Origin: an uncultured Actinomycetota bacterium
GTDB lineage: Bacteria > Actinomycetota > Actinomycetes > Mycobacteriales > Mycobacteriaceae
Length of the DNA: 32,000 nucleotides
Assembly (NCBI GenBank): GCA_963820985.1
Contig: CAWGCI010000011.1
Coordinates: forward strand, 65,724 to 97,723
Direction: 5' to 3'
The notes beneath the pieces were generated by a model. It was not told the DNA's origin, ran no database searches, and worked only from the letters and a program-made list of their open reading frames with translations. Numbering within the stretch: the stretch's first letter is position 1; the number at the start of each line of letters is the position of its first letter. Below are positions 29,012 through 32,000 of this stretch, piece after piece. A program made the position numbers and the translations under genes.

Positions 29012-29074
29012 CCCCGAATTCGGGGTTGGTACCGCGGTGTACCGGGGTTTCACGGTACGGTACTCTGTGGTACC
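29012..29074. promoter_or_regulatory. Putative TetR operator cluster in the divergent P450/tetR intergenic region
   Basis: There is a perfect 14-bp palindrome CCCCGAATTCGGGG at 29012-29025. Two 16-bp inverted repeats share the architecture GGTAC-N6-GTACC: 29028-29043 (GGTACCGCGGTGTACC) and 29059-29074 (GGTACTCTGTGGTACC), 31 bp centre to centre. An extra GGTAC half-site lies at 29054-29058. All of this lies between ATG 28987 (minus strand) and GTG 29127 (plus strand). Confidence 0.6.
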
Positions 29075-29126
29075 AAAGATGACAAGGTCTCTTTGAGGTC
29101 CCGTCTGCACCGAAAGGGGGCCAGCC

Positions 29127-29759
29127 GTGACATCAGCGGCGGCGACAGCAGTGGCCGGCGACGCGGCTCTCGGCGAGCCGATAGTTAAGCCGGACCCTTT
29201 TCGGCTGCGGCTGCTCGACGGCCTCGCCGCGTCGATCGGTGAGCGCGGATACCGCGCCACCACAGTCGCCGACATCGTCCGCCATGCTCGCACCTCGAAA
29301 CGCACGTTCTACGACCAGTTTCCGGGCAAGGAGCAGTGCTTTCTCGAGCTGCTGCGCGTCGACATCGACAAACTCGGCGACAGCATCCAGACAGCAGTCG
29401 ACCCGGAGGCCGACTGGCACCGGCAGATCCGTCAGGCCGTCGAGGCCTACGTCGGATATATCGAGTCCCGGCCGGCCATCACCCTGAGCTGGATTCGCGA
29501 GCTCCCGTCGCTGGGCGCCGCCGCCCGCCCGGTCCAGCGCCGCGGGTTGCAGCTGCTTTCCGACCTGCTCATCGATCTCAGTGCCAACCCGGGCTTTCGG
29601 CGGGCCGACCTGCCGCCGCTGACGGCGCCGCTGGCCGTGATCCTGCTGGGTGGCCTGCGTGAACTGACCGCTCTTGCCGTGGAAGACGGACGGCCCGTCC
29701 GGGAGATCGTCGAACCGGGTGTGGATGCGTCGGTCGCGCTGCTCGGGCCCCGACACTGA
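29127..29759 (+). CDS. TetR family transcriptional regulator (divergent from the P450)
   Basis: GTG 29127 follows AAAGGGGG. 210 aa, with HTH RLRLLDGLAASIGERGYRATTVADIVRHARTSKRTFYDQFPGKEQCF. Confidence 0.88.
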   Translation: MTSAAATAVAGDAALGEPIVKPDPFRLRLLDGLAASIGERGYRATTVADIVRHARTSKRTFYDQFPGKEQCFLELLRVDIDKLGDSIQTAVDPEADWHRQIRQAVEAYVGYIESRPAITLSWIRELPSLGAAARPVQRRGLQLLSDLLIDLSANPGFRRADLPPLTAPLAVILLGGLRELTALAVEDGRPVREIVEPGVDASVALLGPRH

Positions 29760-29809
29760 GCACATCTGGCCTAGGCTCATCGCAAACCGTCAAGAAAATG
29801 GAGGAAGCG

Positions 29810-30022
29810 ATGCGGCTATCCACCCGTAACCAGCTCAAGGGCACTATCACCGAGGTCAACCTCGGCACCGTGATGGCGGTCGTGAAGGTGCGACTCGACG
29901 GCGGCGCTCAGATCGTGACCTCCTCGGTGACCAAGGACGCCGCGGTTGACCTCGGCCTGGCGGTCGGTCAGCCCGCGACGGTGTTCATCAAGTCGACAGA
30001 AGTCACGATCGGCGTCGAATAA
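29810..30022 (+). CDS. Mop/TOBE-domain (molybdopterin/molybdate-binding, molbindin-like) small protein
   Basis: ATG 29810 lies 4-5 nt after GGAGGAAG; the ORF-track ATG 29798 is an alternative. 70 aa: MRLSTRNQLKGTITEVNLGTVMAVVKVRLDGGAQIVTSSVTKDAAVDLGLAVGQPATVFIKSTEVTIGVE. This matches the single-domain Mop consensus (SARNQL.G.V........A.V.........I.A.IT..S...L.L..G..V.A.IK...V). Confidence 0.75.
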   Translation: MRLSTRNQLKGTITEVNLGTVMAVVKVRLDGGAQIVTSSVTKDAAVDLGLAVGQPATVFIKSTEVTIGVE

Positions 30023-30024
30023 CC

Positions 30025-31068
30025 ATGGCGGCCACCATGCGCGCCGAACGCTTCTACGCGGACACCAAAAAGGTTGTGCTGGAAGATGTTCCGATTCCCG
30101 AGCCCGGACCCGGCGAGGTTCTGGTCAAAGTCGCCTTCTGCGGGATATGCCACTCGGACCTGAGTCCGATCAACGGCACCTTCCCGACCCAGACACCGGT
30201 CGTGACTCAGGGACACGAGGCCTCGGGCACCATCGCCAAACTGGGCCCCGAGGTAACCGGCTGGAACGAGGGCGATCGGGTGGTGGTTGCCGCCGGCCGA
30301 CCGTGCCAGAGGTGCCCGAACTGCCGGCGCGGCGACGTGGTGAACTGCCTGCGGATCCAGTTGATGGCCTTTGCCTATGACGGCGCGTGGGCCGAATACA
30401 CCGTGGCGCAGGCAGCCGGGCTGACCCGGGTGCCGGACAACGTCCCGCTGGAGCAGGCCGCGATCCTGGCCGATGCGGTGTCGACGCCGTACGGCGCCGT
30501 GGTCCGAACCGGGAAGGTGGCGGTCGGAGAATCGGTCGGCGTGTGGGGTGTCGGCGGCCTGGGCACCCACGTCGTCCAGCTCGCACGGTTGGTCGGCGCG
30601 GTACCGGTGATCGCGCTCGACATCAACCCGGTTGTTTTGGACCGTGCCCTCGAACTCGGTGCGGATCACGCGTTTGACTCGCGCGACGACCGGCTGCCGG
30701 ACAAGATCGCCGAGGTGACCGAGGGCCGCAAGCTGGATGTGGCCTTCGACGCCGTCGGCCTGAAGGTGACGTTCGAGCAAGCCCTCGACTGTCTGACTCC
30801 CGGTGGCCGGCTGGTGGGCGTCGGGATGAGCGCCGAGGCGCCGACCGTCGGGCCCACGGCCATGTTCGGGTTGACCCGCAAGCAGGTGCTCGGCCACCTC
30901 GGCTATCAGAACGTCGACATCGCGACCCTGGCGAAATTGGTGTCGTGCGGGCGCCTTGATGTGTCGCGGTCGATCAGCCAGATCGTCTCACTCGAAGACG
31001 TCGCGTTGGGCATCGAGATGCTGGAGCGTCAGGAGGGCAACCCGATCCGGATCCTGGTCAAGCCCTGA
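30025..31068 (+). CDS. Zinc-dependent alcohol dehydrogenase (MDR family)
   Basis: ATG 30025 lies 2 nt after the mop stop; ATG 30037 is an alternative. 347 aa. Contains catalytic zinc ligands CGICHSD and GHEASG, the structural-zinc cluster CQRCPNCRRGDVVNC, and the Rossmann motif VGVWGVGGLGTHVVQLA. Confidence 0.9.
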   Translation: MAATMRAERFYADTKKVVLEDVPIPEPGPGEVLVKVAFCGICHSDLSPINGTFPTQTPVVTQGHEASGTIAKLGPEVTGWNEGDRVVVAAGRPCQRCPNCRRGDVVNCLRIQLMAFAYDGAWAEYTVAQAAGLTRVPDNVPLEQAAILADAVSTPYGAVVRTGKVAVGESVGVWGVGGLGTHVVQLARLVGAVPVIALDINPVVLDRALELGADHAFDSRDDRLPDKIAEVTEGRKLDVAFDAVGLKVTFEQALDCLTPGGRLVGVGMSAEAPTVGPTAMFGLTRKQVLGHLGYQNVDIATLAKLVSCGRLDVSRSISQIVSLEDVALGIEMLERQEGNPIRILVKP

Positions 31069-31927
31069 GGAAGGCGCGGATCCGGTCCAGCACCAGCTCG
31101 GGTCGCTGCTCGACGATCCAGTGGCCCACGCCGTCGACCAGCTCGACCTCGAAATCGCTTGCACGGTCCGCATATCCGTCCAGAAGGTCGGGTGTGATGA
31201 CCGGATCGCCGGTTCCATGTAGCCAGCGGACGGGCACGTCAACACGACCGTCGAACTCGCCGCGCACCCAGCGCAGCACCTCCCTGGTCTGAAATGTGCG
31301 ATACCACCGCGAACCGGCCTCCGCGTGCCCGGGCTGGCGCATGCAGTCGACATACATGCGGATGTCCTCCTCGGGAACCCTGAAGCCACCGGCGAGGGTC
31401 CGCAGGTAACGGCCCTTGCGATCGCCGAGGACCCGCGGGCCGATCACCGGCAGCGCCATCGGGATTTGGTACCAGAACCGCCAGATGTTGCGCAGCGACG
31501 AGGGATTGGGCGTCACCCAGGGCGCCGAGGTGTTCACGCCCATGAAGCCCGTCACCTTCGATGGATGGCGCAGCATCATGATGAACGCCACCGGTCCGCC
31601 CCAGTCGTGGGCGACAAGCTTCACGTTGTCGACGTCCAGGTGGTCGAGAACCGCCGCCAAGTCCTCGGCCATCTCGTCCTTGGTGTAACGGCACCGGGGC
31701 GCCGAGCTCCAGCCGGCGCCGCGCAGGTCGGGGCACAACACCCGGTAGCCGTCGGCGGCCAGCGGTCCGATCAGGTCGTGCCACTCCCACCAGTTCTCGG
31801 GGAAGCCGTGCACCAGCATCACCGCCGGACCGTCGGCCGGCCCGGCGTCGGCGACGTGGATCGTGACGCCGCCACCGAGATCTACGTACCTGTGTTCGAC
31901 GCCGTCCAGGGCGGGCATTTCGGTCAT
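31058..31927 (-). CDS. ephF: Alpha/beta hydrolase, epoxide-hydrolase-like (EphF-like by position)
   Basis: 289 aa. Contains HGFPENWWEW (HGxP oxyanion motif), the nucleophile elbow VAHDWGG, and the C-terminal GHWIVEQRPE (catalytic His). The 3' end overlaps the adh 3' end by 11 nt (convergent). The symbol rests on remembered synteny only. Confidence 0.85.
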   Translation of the reverse strand: MTEMPALDGVEHRYVDLGGGVTIHVADAGPADGPAVMLVHGFPENWWEWHDLIGPLAADGYRVLCPDLRGAGWSSAPRCRYTKDEMAEDLAAVLDHLDVDNVKLVAHDWGGPVAFIMMLRHPSKVTGFMGVNTSAPWVTPNPSSLRNIWRFWYQIPMALPVIGPRVLGDRKGRYLRTLAGGFRVPEEDIRMYVDCMRQPGHAEAGSRWYRTFQTREVLRWVRGEFDGRVDVPVRWLHGTGDPVITPDLLDGYADRASDFEVELVDGVGHWIVEQRPELVLDRIRAFLRA

Positions 31928-31936
31928 CCCCAGAGG

Positions 31937-32000
31937 CTAGGTCAGAAATCGCTCGACATACGGCGCGAAGCGGGAACGCAGATCGTCTTCGCGCAGCCCG
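31937..32000 (-). CDS. 3' end of an unidentified minus-strand gene (partial)
   Basis: The reverse strand reads ...GLREDDLRSRFAPYVERFLT then TAG (31937-31939), 9 nt upstream of the ephF start. With only 21 codons visible, no family assignment is possible. Confidence 0.25.
   Translation of the reverse strand, partial: GLREDDLRSRFAPYVERFLT

Overview
GC-rich, densely coding Mycobacterium-type chromosomal segment with about 35 genes. I recognised no rRNA, tRNA, CRISPR array or IS element by eye. From memory, gene content and order are colinear, in inverted orientation, with the M. tuberculosis H37Rv Rv0160c-Rv0134 interval. In window order: a PE/PE-PPE-domain protein, a TetR, the pntB-pntAb-pntAa transhydrogenase operon, DUF1348, fadE2-ptpB, and a tandem array of three PE/PE-PPE-domain genes. 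Then comes a long minus-strand block of pirin, TetR, three paralogous SAM-methyltransferases, aldehyde dehydrogenase, SDR and quinone oxidoreductase. After that: a ClC channel, Dps, an HhH-GPD glycosylase-like gene, NTF2/SnoaL-like genes, DUF427, an NAD-epimerase, msrA, a cytochrome P450 with a divergent TetR, a Mop-ADH pair and an epoxide-hydrolase-like alpha/beta hydrolase. This looks like ordinary core and accessory metabolism; I see no defence or mobile system. The most unusual thing I can see is that 11 of these genes cannot be read in a single frame. By manual reconstruction I count 22 single-nucleotide frame changes, 19 of them +1 and nine of them inside one PE paralogue, with no accompanying nonsense codons. 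This is either an odd decay pattern or, as I think more likely, consensus error, and it decides how the window should be annotated. Other points: an expanded set of PE-PPE hydrolase-like genes sharing a hydrophobic C-terminal tail; triplicated methyltransferases in an operon-like oxidoreductase block; a clear pair of GGTAC-N6-GTACC operators between the P450 and its TetR; and a translationally coupled Mop/Zn-ADH pair.
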